Source: Nitrosopumilus sp.
Lineage (GTDB): Archaea; Thermoproteota; Nitrososphaeria; Nitrososphaerales; Nitrosopumilaceae
Reading direction: 5' to 3'
Assembly: GCA_965197525.1 (NCBI GenBank)
Contig: OZ240211.1
Span: forward strand, 1,888,001 to 1,952,000
DNA: 64,000 nucleotides
Both the position numbers and the translations under genes were made by a program. Of the stretch, positions 1 through 9,800 are shown piece by piece. The notes below the pieces were generated by a model. That model made no database searches. It had not been told where the DNA came from and saw only the letters and a program-made list of their open reading frames with translations. Numbering within the stretch: the stretch's first letter is position 1; the number at the start of each line of letters is the position of its first letter.

Positions 1-154
1 GTCCATTCATATCTTTTAGCGTCTGATCTACTGCAAGAGATGTATCCTTGGAATCCATTCTCACTGACTCTGAAACTTTCTTGGAATTTTCTAGTACGAA
101 TTCGCACCAAAGGCTTGTTTCTACCTTTACAGAACTGCCTGTTTTAACTTTCAT
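1..154 (-). CDS. hypothetical protein, 5' part only (runs off the window edge)
   Basis: ATG at 154 on the minus strand, open to position 1 (MKVKTGSSVKVETSLWCEFVLENSKK...); no family recognised. Confidence 0.4.
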   Translation of the reverse strand, partial: MKVKTGSSVKVETSLWCEFVLENSKKVSESVRMDSKDTSLAVDQTLKDMNG

Positions 155-160
155 ACTGAT

Positions 161-592
161 TTAACAATTTTTAGTATTATTTAACTTACTAGCATGCGTA
201 TATGATATTTTTTTACTGTTTGTAAACAGACTAGCAGATCTTACAAATACCGACGTTACCGTCTTACAATCCTGATTGCACGTGCTGTCTATTCTAACGG
301 ACTCTGTCTTTTCTCTCTTTTTTGATAACAGTATTGATTTTACTAGTGGATACAATGCCGCTCTTCCTCCACAAGCTCTTTTCTCATCAATAAACCAAAA
401 CATCTCTAATGCCGATTCGTCTAAAATCTGTTCCCTTATCTCTTCTCCTAATTTTGAGTAATGCCCTATTATTGTAATCTTGTTTTTAGCAAAAAAGTTA
501 ACAAATCTTGCAAATTTTGTACACAAATAACACTGATTGTCATACAATACAATTGGAACATTATCTTCAATATCCATGATATTGTATCGCAT
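161..592 (-). CDS. DCC1-like thiol-disulfide oxidoreductase (DUF393)
   Basis: N-terminal VLYDNQCYLC matches the YDxxCxLC motif. Confidence 0.8.
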   Translation of the reverse strand: MRYNIMDIEDNVPIVLYDNQCYLCTKFARFVNFFAKNKITIIGHYSKLGEEIREQILDESALEMFWFIDEKRACGGRAALYPLVKSILLSKKREKTESVRIDSTCNQDCKTVTSVFVRSASLFTNSKKISYTHASKLNNTKNC

Positions 593-737
593 CTATCAAA
601 TTAAAATTTTTACCACCACAACTTTGCATTACGCTTAGTGTGGTAATCGTCTGATGTGATTAATCACATTCATTCAAAATATGTAATAATACAGTAAAAC
701 CTTGCAGAAATAGATTTTTATTCAATTTACAAAAATA

Positions 738-2417
738 TTGATAGTAGATATGAGACTTAATTATTGCCAGATTAAACAAAATGTTCTCAAGGCTCGTAAA
801 CTAGTAATTAAAGGAACCAACGCTGCAGGCTCTGGTCATCCGGGTGGCTCCTTTTCCATGGCAGAGATTCTAGGGTGCCTGTTTTACAAACATCTGAAAT
901 TTGATCCTAAAAACCCTCTATGGGAGGACAGAGACCGACTGGTACTTTCTAAAGGTCATGCCTCGCCCGGTTTGTTCTCTAATATGGCAGTCGCAGGCTA
1001 TTTTCCGGACTCTGAGATTGATACACTAAGACAGTTTGGTAGCAGACTACAGGGACATCCGGATTTGAAATGTCCAGGAGTAGAATTCTGTGGCGGTTCT
1101 TTGGGGACCGGATTGTCATATTCCATTGGGATTGCACTAGCTGCAAAAATTGACTCCAAAGATTATCATGTGTATACTATTGTAGGAGATGGCGAATGTG
1201 ACGAAGGTCAAATCTGGGAGGCCGCAATGACTGCTGCAAAATACAATGTTGATAATCTCACTGTATTCCTTGATAGGAATTTTATTCAACAAGATTCGTA
1301 CACTGAAAAAGTTATGCCGCTTGACAAAACACTCCAAAGCGATGATCTGTCTGAGATGTGGAATGACTCATCGCGATGGAGAACAGGTGACAAGTGGCGA
1401 TCTTTTGGCTGGAACACCATTGAGATTGATGGGCATAGAATCGAGCAAATTGATGATGCCATTAAAAAAGCAAAAAAACTCAAAGGCTCACCTACCATAA
1501 TAATATCTCGCACGACAAAAGGAAGATCGTTGGAGCATATGGAGAATAATCCTCAATGGCATGGCAAAGCTCCTGATTCTGACGTACTCCCTATGATTAA
1601 CCTGGAGTTGGATTCTCAAATTATGATTGCACCCTCTATTATTGCAGGCGATATGACAAATCTTGAAAACGAGATCAAACGTTGCATACATGGAAAAGCA
1701 GATCTTATTCATCTTGATGTAATGGACGGCCAGTTTGTCTCAACGAAGACTTTTGATCATGCAAAGATCAAACAGCTTCGGAGTCTGACTATTATTCCAT
1801 TTGATACTCATCTGATGATCAACCAACCAGTCAAGCATATCCAAGATTACATTGATGCAGGCAGTGATATTATTACAGTTCATGCCGAAGTTACAGACGA
1901 GTCAAGTTTCGGGGAGATCTGCGACACGCTTAAAGCAAATCAAGTAGGTGTAGGTTTTGCCATTAATCCTGATACTGAATTACCTCAATGGTCTTACAAA
2001 TTTTTATCTTCAATTGACCAGTTAATTGTAATGTCTGTTGTGCCTGGCAAATCAGGTCAAAAATACATTGAAAACACGCATGCAAGGATGAAGAGTCTAT
2101 CGCCTCTTTTACAAAAATATGGTTTTTCGGGACATATTGAGGCTGATGGCGGCGTTAACGCTGAAAATATTGGTTCAATATTTGCCGATGGTGCACGTGC
2201 TTTTGTTGGTGGTGGCGCAATAATTGGGCAGCAAGACATTTTATCTGCGATTAATAGTTTTAAAAGCCAAGTTCTAAGATCCAAACGTCGCAGTCTGCTT
2301 GATACTGCACATGATCTTGGCGGCGCTGATTTAGTTAACAAATGGATTAATTTACACACAGTGGATCAAGATCGACTCACAATCAAAGAGATTGCACAGG
2401 AGGCCAAATACATTTGA
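738..2417 (+). CDS. transketolase N-terminal subunit fused to ribulose-phosphate 3-epimerase
   Basis: SGHPGGS, DRLVLSKGH and GDGECDEG (TPP-binding) motifs, followed by IAPSIIAGD, HLDVMDGQFV, DTHLMI and ADGGVN (RPE) motifs. Confidence 0.92.
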   Translation: MIVDMRLNYCQIKQNVLKARKLVIKGTNAAGSGHPGGSFSMAEILGCLFYKHLKFDPKNPLWEDRDRLVLSKGHASPGLFSNMAVAGYFPDSEIDTLRQFGSRLQGHPDLKCPGVEFCGGSLGTGLSYSIGIALAAKIDSKDYHVYTIVGDGECDEGQIWEAAMTAAKYNVDNLTVFLDRNFIQQDSYTEKVMPLDKTLQSDDLSEMWNDSSRWRTGDKWRSFGWNTIEIDGHRIEQIDDAIKKAKKLKGSPTIIISRTTKGRSLEHMENNPQWHGKAPDSDVLPMINLELDSQIMIAPSIIAGDMTNLENEIKRCIHGKADLIHLDVMDGQFVSTKTFDHAKIKQLRSLTIIPFDTHLMINQPVKHIQDYIDAGSDIITVHAEVTDESSFGEICDTLKANQVGVGFAINPDTELPQWSYKFLSSIDQLIVMSVVPGKSGQKYIENTHARMKSLSPLLQKYGFSGHIEADGGVNAENIGSIFADGARAFVGGGAIIGQQDILSAINSFKSQVLRSKRRSLLDTAHDLGGADLVNKWINLHTVDQDRLTIKEIAQEAKYI

Positions 2418-3391
2418 ATGAACCTGTCATGACTGATATGCGCTCTGCATACTCTAAATCTTTAATTGAACTTGGTTCAAAGTACTCAAACCTTGTTGTT
2501 TTAGGAGCCGATACTACTAATTCACTTAAAACTTTTGCATTTCAAAAACACTTTCCCCATAGATTCTTTAATGTTGGAATTGCTGAAGCAAATCTTGTAA
2601 CTATCTCATCTGGATTGGCAATATCTGGAAAGATCTCTTTTGCAAGTACCTATGCAATATTTCTGCCGGGTAGAGCAGTTGATCAAATTCGTAATAATAT
2701 TGCATATCCTTCCATTTCTGGTAAAAACGGTCTTAATGTAAAACTAGTCTCATCTCATGGTGGTCTGTCAGTCGGACCTGATGGTGGCTCACATCAGCAA
2801 TTAGAGGATATTGCAATAATGAGAGCAATTCCAAACTTTCGAGTCTTTATTCCTGCTGATACAGTCGCAGTCTCTGCACTGACTCGTTTGATGGCAAGTG
2901 AATATGGGCCATTTTACATGAGAATGGCACGATCTAAAACCCCTCTTATTCATACTGATTCTCAGGATTTTCAGATAGGTCGTGGTATCACACTAAGGGA
3001 CGGTTCTGACTGTACCATTGCTGCTTGCGGCATTACAGTACGAATGGCCTTGGAGGCAGCTGATATGCTATCTCAGAGTGACGGCATATCTTGCAGGGTC
3101 CTAGACATGTTTTCTATAAAGCCAATCGATAACCAAATACTTGCCAAGGCAGCAAAGGAGACTGGATGCATTGTTACAGCAGAAGAACACAACATTATTG
3201 GAGGAATGGGATCAGCAGTTGCAGAATCCGTCTCTGAGTCTTATCCTGTTCCCGTTAAGAGGATTGGCGCTTTAGATATGTTCGGAGAGTCTGCACGAGA
3301 CGATGAGATTCCTCGACTATTGGAGAAGCATGGCATAACATCTTTTAATATGGCACAACAAGTCAAAAACATTAGGAGCAAAAAACTATGA
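2414..3391 (+). CDS. transketolase C-terminal subunit
   Basis: FFNVGIAEANL, DGGSHQ and EEHNIIGGMGSAV motifs; overlaps the upstream stop codon. Confidence 0.93.
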   Translation: MNEPVMTDMRSAYSKSLIELGSKYSNLVVLGADTTNSLKTFAFQKHFPHRFFNVGIAEANLVTISSGLAISGKISFASTYAIFLPGRAVDQIRNNIAYPSISGKNGLNVKLVSSHGGLSVGPDGGSHQQLEDIAIMRAIPNFRVFIPADTVAVSALTRLMASEYGPFYMRMARSKTPLIHTDSQDFQIGRGITLRDGSDCTIAACGITVRMALEAADMLSQSDGISCRVLDMFSIKPIDNQILAKAAKETGCIVTAEEHNIIGGMGSAVAESVSESYPVPVKRIGALDMFGESARDDEIPRLLEKHGITSFNMAQQVKNIRSKKL

Positions 3392-4056
3392 AGATATTTC
3401 TTGATACTGCGAATCTTGAATCTATAAAACGATTCAACGACATGGGATTACTAGACGGCATTACAACTAATCCTTCCTTGTTATCAAAAGAAGGAGGAAA
3501 CCCAAAAGATGCTATGGCAGAGATTACAAAAATTATCGCAGGTGATGTAAGCTTGGAAGTTGTCAGTACGGATTATTCTGGAATGATGCAAGAAGGTAAG
3601 CGTCTTTGTGAATATGGAAAAAATGTTGTAGTCAAAGTTCCTATGACTGGTGACGGTCTCAAAGCTTGCAAATCTCTTTCATCTCAAGGAATTCCGGTTA
3701 ATGTCACTTTGATCTTTTCTGCAAACCAAGCTTTACTTGCCGCAAAAGCTGGTGCAAAATATGTTAGTCCATTTATTGGAAGATTGGATGATATAGGCCA
3801 AGACGGAATACATCTAATTAAGCAAATTAAAGAGATCTTTTCTCATTATGATTTTAAAACTATGATTCTTGTTGCAAGCGTACGTCATCCGATACATGTA
3901 GTTGATGCTGCAAAGATTGGAGCAGATGTAGTGACATTGCCTCCTACAGTTTTAGACAAGATGTTAAAGCATCCGTTAACTAACATCGGTTTGGAGAATT
4001 TTCTTGCAGATTGGGAAACACTAAAAACTAAAAATAATAGCGATATACAGATTTAA
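3388..4056 (+). CDS. tal: transaldolase (TalC/Fsa type)
   Basis: MKIFLDTAN, GITTNPSL, VVVKVP and YVSPFIGRLDD motifs. Confidence 0.95.
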   Translation: MKIFLDTANLESIKRFNDMGLLDGITTNPSLLSKEGGNPKDAMAEITKIIAGDVSLEVVSTDYSGMMQEGKRLCEYGKNVVVKVPMTGDGLKACKSLSSQGIPVNVTLIFSANQALLAAKAGAKYVSPFIGRLDDIGQDGIHLIKQIKEIFSHYDFKTMILVASVRHPIHVVDAAKIGADVVTLPPTVLDKMLKHPLTNIGLENFLADWETLKTKNNSDIQI

Positions 4057-4143
4057 CTCTGTTTTTTGCAAGATTATCTGAATCAAACATATACACAAAA
4101 ATTAAAAAATAAAAATAAATAACAAAAATGAAAAAAGCAGTGC

Positions 4144-4419
4144 TTATTTACTTGTACCTTTGTTTCTACTCTTTCTAGAACCAGTTCCTCTACCTGTAAC
4201 TCTGGTCATTCCTTCTGTCGAAGGTCTTGCCTTTGGTTCAGGCATATCTCCTAGTCTTCTCGTTCCAGTTCCTCTACCAGTATGAACCATTCTGTTTGCA
4301 GCAGCTTTCTTTCTTGCAGCTTGGATCTTTTTAAAATCGTCTCCAGACCATTTTTTAGGATCGTCGTCAACTTCAATAGTTCCAGTTCCTCTACCGGTCC
4401 GAATTCTTATTTTAGCCAT
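4144..4419 (-). CDS. small basic hypothetical protein with three TGRGTG motifs
   Basis: 91-aa ORF with internal repeats conserved at the amino-acid level but varied in codons, which suggests real coding. Confidence 0.7.
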   Translation of the reverse strand: MAKIRIRTGRGTGTIEVDDDPKKWSGDDFKKIQAARKKAAANRMVHTGRGTGTRRLGDMPEPKARPSTEGMTRVTGRGTGSRKSRNKGTSK

Positions 4420-4736
4420 ACCATTGATAAAAACAACTCGTATTTATCTAAATCTCATTGTTGTAATTAATCAAAATATCCTCAATTTGGTGATAAATTT
4501 GTCTTACTATCTCTGATTTGAATCGGTGTTATCTTGATTTGTACCCGCACTGTTTCTTTTGTCTATTTACGCTGTTTAATCTTAGAATTTGAGGTGCTGT
4601 AACTTGAATGTATGTAAAAACACCCTCGTCGTAGTACAAACGATGGATCACGGTGATCTCAATGGTATAATGAAAGTATGAACTAGATACTATACAATTG
4701 GGTCAGAATTGTGGCAGGTTACGAAACAAGCTATAC

Positions 4737-4832
4737 ATAACACAAATGTTATATAACACAAATGTTATATAACACAAATGTTATATAACATAAATGTTAT
4801 ATAACGAAATCATTATATAACAAATATGTTAT
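4737..4832. repeat. six tandem 16-bp palindromic units (ATAACA-N4-TGTTAT)
   Basis: Units start at 4737, 4753, 4769, 4785, 4801 and 4817; the array ends 8 nt before the ATG at 4841. Confidence 0.95.
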
Positions 4833-4840
4833 AAAAAAAC

Positions 4841-6013
4841 ATGCTTTCATGTATTATTGGCCCACCAGTTTCAGGAAAAGAACATTTTGGAAGAGACAGT
4901 GAATTAGAAGCAATCTGGGAGTCTGTCAAAAACGGAAGTGTTTTGCTAGTTTCCCCAAGAAGATTTGGAAAAACAAGCCTTGCCTTCAATGTACGGGATT
5001 TTCCAAAATCAGGCTATCGTGTATTTTATTTAGATGTTGAATATCTAGATCGTCCAGAAAATTTCATCGTGGAGATAATGGACAAAACAACGAGTCTAAA
5101 AGACACCAAAACCAAATTCATGGAGGGGCTCTCCTCAATTTTAAAAATGATTGAAGAGGTAGGGGTAATGGATGTCAAATTAAAATTACGAGAGTACATA
5201 AAACCGGATTGGGAAAATAAAGGAAACCATATTTTTCAAAAACTGACAGCTGAAAGTGAACTTAAACCTATTTTTATTGTGGATGAGCTGCCTTTGATGA
5301 TACTTAACATGATAGACAACAACGATAATGGAATCCAAATAGCAAAATTATTTCTAAATTGGCTACGACAGCTTAGAATTAGTTATGACATACGATTTAT
5401 TATTTGTGGATCGATAGGACTTGATCAAGTGATAACAGAGTGCAATGCAGTGGATACAATCAATGATCTTAAACGAATTATGGTAAATCCACTACCTGAA
5501 TCCAAATCTAAAGACATGATTAAACAGTTGTTTGAGGGACTGAATATTTCTGTCGATGCAGAAATAATTCAAAAAATTTATGAGCAGGTAGGTGTCGGTG
5601 TACCATTTTTTATTAAAATAATGATACAGGCAGTTGTTAATGAAATGAACGAAAATGAATCCAAATTATCTGTAGATATAATTGAAAAAGCATACAATGA
5701 AAAAGTGCTAGGGGTAGGCGGAAGATGATATTTTGAACATTATTTTACAAGACTGGGTAATTATCATAAAAATGGATTGGGAAAAATAGCAATGTCAATT
5801 TTAGATCATCTTGCAATTCATCAGGTAGTGTCTTTGGAAGAATTAAAACAGTTGTTTTTTCGAATAACTAAATCCAATGATGCCACCAAATTTAAAGCAT
5901 TGGTAAACAGATTAGAAGGTGATTTCTATCTAACTGTGGATACTTCCTCTAGAGACTGTCGTTTTTACACCAAAGTTTTAGGAGACTTGTGGAGGAATAG
6001 GCGAGGACTATAG
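4841..6013 (+). pseudogene. archaeal-type P-loop ATPase with an in-frame TGA at 5726-5728
   Basis: Walker A SPRRFGKTS and Walker B IFIVDE; the frame continues after the TGA (YFEHYFTRLGNYHKNG) into the 5777-6013 ORF. Confidence 0.8.
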
Positions 6014-6016
6014 ATC

Positions 6017-8359
6017 ATGTTCTACAAATTTACTCCTGATTTAATGTCTAAGGAAGATTTGGAATACATTTCTACTGGAAGGGAGAAGACAGTGGCCAAT
6101 ATCGTCAAAAAGCTTCAAAATTCGATTTCAAGTAATTTAGCTACACATATCTTACTAGTAGGCCAACGAGGAATCGGAAAAACACACACGTTACTACAAA
6201 TATATCACAAATTAAATGAATTCAATAACTTTACAACTATACGGTTATCTGAGGAAGAATATTCTGTAACAAGTGTCGAAGGTTTACTCAAAAGAATTTT
6301 AGAAGAGCTTGACGTTGAATTTGATGAAAATAATGTTGAAGCGACCGCATTAAATGCATTTAATAACCTTAAAAATCAAAAAAAATTTCCAGTAATCTTT
6401 GTCGATAACTTACAAATGTTATTTGAACAAATGGGAGATGAGTTACCAAAGCTAAGATCTATTTTACAAGAACATAATCCCTTTTGCATAGTCGGTTCAG
6501 CCTTGACAGTATTTCATGAAATTTCCTCACATGATGAGCCGTTTTATAATTTTATGGATGTAACATTTTTGAAAGGACTGAGTGTTAAAGTAATGAGAGC
6601 GTTAATTAAAAAAAGATTTGAACGTGGAGGAGAAAAAGAACTGCTTGAAAATTTTGAAAAATACACAAAACGAGTTAATGGGATACGCATTCTTACTGGT
6701 GGAAACCCTCGGTTAACTCATGCTCTTTGTGAGATATTACTTCAAAAACATTCATTGGCAGATTTGGAATCCAATCTTCTTGAATTACTGGATCAACTCA
6801 CTCCATATTATCAAGTTCGAATGGAACAATTGCCTGTATCTCAAAGAAAGATTGTGGATACGCTGTCTCAAGAAAAAGGACCGATATCGCCCACAGAACT
6901 GGCACAAATAACTAAAATGGAAGTAGCAAGTGTGGTCACCCAATTGCGTCGTTTAGAAAATAACGGCATAGTAGAGGCAATAAAATTTAGAGATAAGAAG
7001 AAAACATCATATCAAGTAACTGAAAGACTATATAGAATTTGGAGAGAGATGCGTTCCCCAATTGGTTCAAAAAGGATCAGTTTGTTTATTAATTTCTTAA
7101 AAATTTGGTACACCAGAAAAGAAAAACTTTTTGAATACAGGCAATTCTCAGATAGATTTTTTGACATATCTGCACATTCTGAGGAAGACGCTAAAAAGCG
7201 TCTTGTTTACGCATGCTACCTTTTAGCTACTATGCCTGATATGAAAATTCTTGATTTGGAAAACACAGTGCAAAGATTTATCTTCTTAGGAGATTTTGAT
7301 TCTGCACTCCTTGAAGTAACAAATATGGAAAAATTTAACAAACAAATGCCTGATAAGATAGTTTCTTTGGCAGCTGAACTATCAATAGCTTATGCCAGGT
7401 ATTTTCTATCTGAGGCATCTGAAAAATATGGACATCTAAGCGATGCTGTAAAGAAAAGAGATCTGATTGAAAGCAAGTTAATGAGAATCACTAAAAAGTA
7501 TCAAAACAAACCAGATTCTAAGGAACAAAAATGGCTTCATCAAATGTATCACAAACTAACATCATACTATCTACAAAAAAATGAACTAGACAAGGCTGAA
7601 AAATATATTAATTTATCTATGGCCGTAATTAACTATTCTTGTCCTTCATCTATGATAGAAAAATCTAGAATGACGATCCGCAGAAAGGATTTCAAAAAAG
7701 CTCTAAAAATATTATCAGAGATTCCGAAAGACAAAGTTGGAAGGGACGTGAATATTTTACGGCTTGGATGCTTAGGGGAGATCAACAAAGTCCAAGATGC
7801 TGAAAAAACAGCCATTGATTTGATAAATAGCGGTTTTGAAGATTTCTTTAGAATTCTTGATGCAGTAGGAGGCGCAAACGATCTCGGGTTATTATCAAAA
7901 GTAGTTGATACCACGTTTGATAATTTGTCAAATTTGGATGAAGAGTCACAAAAAAAACTTGTGCCAGAAATTGCTAGAGATATTACTCATTACGCAGCTC
8001 ATACAATGGCAGAAAACAAAAATAAATTTACGGAAATGTTGTTTGATTCATTAGAAACACTTGCACGAAGATATACAATCGATGCATATTTCATATCATT
8101 ATTACCTGTTACAGAACTGGTTAAAGATGATAAATTGGAAAAAGCTATTTTGTTTATGGATAAAATCCTAAAAATAGATTCTTTTTCTGAAGAATCTGTG
8201 TTGCCGATCAATCTTGCATTAAATTATATTAAAACAGAAAATTCAGATATCTTAGAAAAAGTTCACAAGGAATATAGAGATTTAATTACAAATATGATTT
8301 TAGCGTTCTCCCCCACCACCAAGATTCCCCAGCAAATTATAGATTCACTGCAACAATAA
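6017..8359 (+). CDS. P-loop ATPase with winged-helix domain and helical (TPR-like) C-terminus
   Basis: GQRGIGKT, IFVDN and GGNPR motifs, then ISPTELAQITKMEVASVVTQLRRLENNGIV (MarR-like wHTH). Confidence 0.8.
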   Translation: MFYKFTPDLMSKEDLEYISTGREKTVANIVKKLQNSISSNLATHILLVGQRGIGKTHTLLQIYHKLNEFNNFTTIRLSEEEYSVTSVEGLLKRILEELDVEFDENNVEATALNAFNNLKNQKKFPVIFVDNLQMLFEQMGDELPKLRSILQEHNPFCIVGSALTVFHEISSHDEPFYNFMDVTFLKGLSVKVMRALIKKRFERGGEKELLENFEKYTKRVNGIRILTGGNPRLTHALCEILLQKHSLADLESNLLELLDQLTPYYQVRMEQLPVSQRKIVDTLSQEKGPISPTELAQITKMEVASVVTQLRRLENNGIVEAIKFRDKKKTSYQVTERLYRIWREMRSPIGSKRISLFINFLKIWYTRKEKLFEYRQFSDRFFDISAHSEEDAKKRLVYACYLLATMPDMKILDLENTVQRFIFLGDFDSALLEVTNMEKFNKQMPDKIVSLAAELSIAYARYFLSEASEKYGHLSDAVKKRDLIESKLMRITKKYQNKPDSKEQKWLHQMYHKLTSYYLQKNELDKAEKYINLSMAVINYSCPSSMIEKSRMTIRRKDFKKALKILSEIPKDKVGRDVNILRLGCLGEINKVQDAEKTAIDLINSGFEDFFRILDAVGGANDLGLLSKVVDTTFDNLSNLDEESQKKLVPEIARDITHYAAHTMAENKNKFTEMLFDSLETLARRYTIDAYFISLLPVTELVKDDKLEKAILFMDKILKIDSFSEESVLPINLALNYIKTENSDILEKVHKEYRDLITNMILAFSPTTKIPQQIIDSLQQ

Positions 8360-8736
8360 AGATTTAGTATAACCGCTGGGTAATTTTTGTGATCTGATCG
8401 TACGTCAATGCCTATGATATGTCCAGAGTGTAAAAACAAGTTGTGGAATGAGAGGAAAAGATGAGAGCCAAGAAACAATCTAACCCAATTGGGAGTGGGT
8501 GTGTGCGTGTCAATACTAATTCAACCAAATAGAAGAAATTCTACTATGGCGATAATTTAGACATGTCAACAAAACAAACCTAAGATTCATACCAATAATT
8601 CGGGGTTTTTGACTTTCTTGGCTTGTTGCACAACATGCTCAAACCGTAAGAAATCAGTGAATTTATGCCTAAAATCAGAGTTATGTAGCAAACATGTTTA
8701 TCTTTTTGTCATTTTACACGTCTTATCCAACGCGTT

Positions 8737-9066
8737 TTATTTTAACTCGTTCTCCAAACGATTAACTATCTCTAAAAACCTCTCCTTGCTCTTTTGTAGC
8801 AATACTTGAGGATACTCTTTAATTGTAAATACTAGTTGTTGTCCAAAGCTTGGAGGTATGACACCACCTGAGGTCACTGTCTGCTCAATTACATGATCTT
8901 TGGTTAATGTACATATTATCTCCTCATACGAATCGTCTTCTTCTTCTAATACTATTCTGTAAAGTACTATGGGTCTGTCAGTCTTTGCAATAATCTTTGA
9001 CCCCTTCTCTAGTAACACCTCTAGTTGTTTTACCTGCCATGTATCAAGACTGATCTGTTTTACCAT
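8737..9066 (-). CDS. hypothetical protein
   Basis: 109-aa ORF with protein-like composition filling an intergenic gap. Confidence 0.7.
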   Translation of the reverse strand: MVKQISLDTWQVKQLEVLLEKGSKIIAKTDRPIVLYRIVLEEEDDSYEEIICTLTKDHVIEQTVTSGGVIPPSFGQQLVFTIKEYPQVLLQKSKERFLEIVNRLENELK

Positions 9067-9176
9067 ACAATGTATGACATCTATTTCTATTTAACCATGG
9101 CATAATCAATTATTTTGCATCAAAATCATGAATTGTGACAAGAATATAATATAAAGAAAATGTGATTTGGTATCTA

Positions 9177-9758
9177 TTACATATCAAGTGCTCTAGAATG
9201 TTTTTGCGTATGGGGTCTCTCACCTGGATACTTTCGTCTCATGTGTCCTGACGGTCTTCCATATATTAGCTCCAGGAACCATGATTCGTGTTCAACTTCC
9301 TCACTTAGGATGTCTTTTGCAATATCATATGTTACTGGATCCTTTCCAAAGGTCATGTTACATATCTTGTTCCAGTTAACTATTGCACCTTGCTCTGCCT
9401 TGAGGCATTTTTCTAGAATTGCCTTGTGATCGGTTGGGTTTTCAGGAAGTTTCAAAAAGTCACAGCCAGACATCTTGATGAATTCAGTTGCATCATTTGG
9501 GAGGGTGCCACCCAACTGGTATATTCTCTCAAGACATGACTCAAAGTGACTGAGATCCTCTAATCTTGCATCCTCGATGATTCCTTTCAGTCCTTCCCCT
9601 TCCATACCTGTACAATGTGCCCGTAGGTTGGTAAAGTAATAGTATGCAGTAAATTCAACTGCCGCATTCTTAACTAGTTCTTTTACCAATTCGTCAACAT
9701 CCACGCCGTTCTGTTTTAGAACGTTAATTCCCACAACGTTTTGATTTGATTCAACCAT
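9177..9758 (-). CDS. dps: archaeal Dps-like (DpsL) ferritin-family protein
   Basis: EFTAYYYFT, EDARLEDLSHFE and EEVEHESWF di-iron motifs. Confidence 0.9.
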   Translation of the reverse strand: MVESNQNVVGINVLKQNGVDVDELVKELVKNAAVEFTAYYYFTNLRAHCTGMEGEGLKGIIEDARLEDLSHFESCLERIYQLGGTLPNDATEFIKMSGCDFLKLPENPTDHKAILEKCLKAEQGAIVNWNKICNMTFGKDPVTYDIAKDILSEEVEHESWFLELIYGRPSGHMRRKYPGERPHTQKHSRALDM

Positions 9759-9800
9759 TTACTCTTCAAAATTATAGTTGTAATAAAAATATTGCATTTA

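Noticed and set aside
4737-4832. CRISPR array
   Set aside because: Units are contiguous 16-mers with only 4-nt variable parts, there are no unique 30-40-nt spacers, and no cas genes lie in the window
5726-5728. Selenocysteine recoding or intron removal of the TGA
   Set aside because: Not a redox-active site, no Sec machinery or SECIS visible, no length insertion and no BHB fold around it
8408-8464. MPMICPECKNKLWNERKR zinc-ribbon-like micro-ORF
   Set aside because: Only 18 aa and half a zinc site; could be a remnant but cannot be supported without a search
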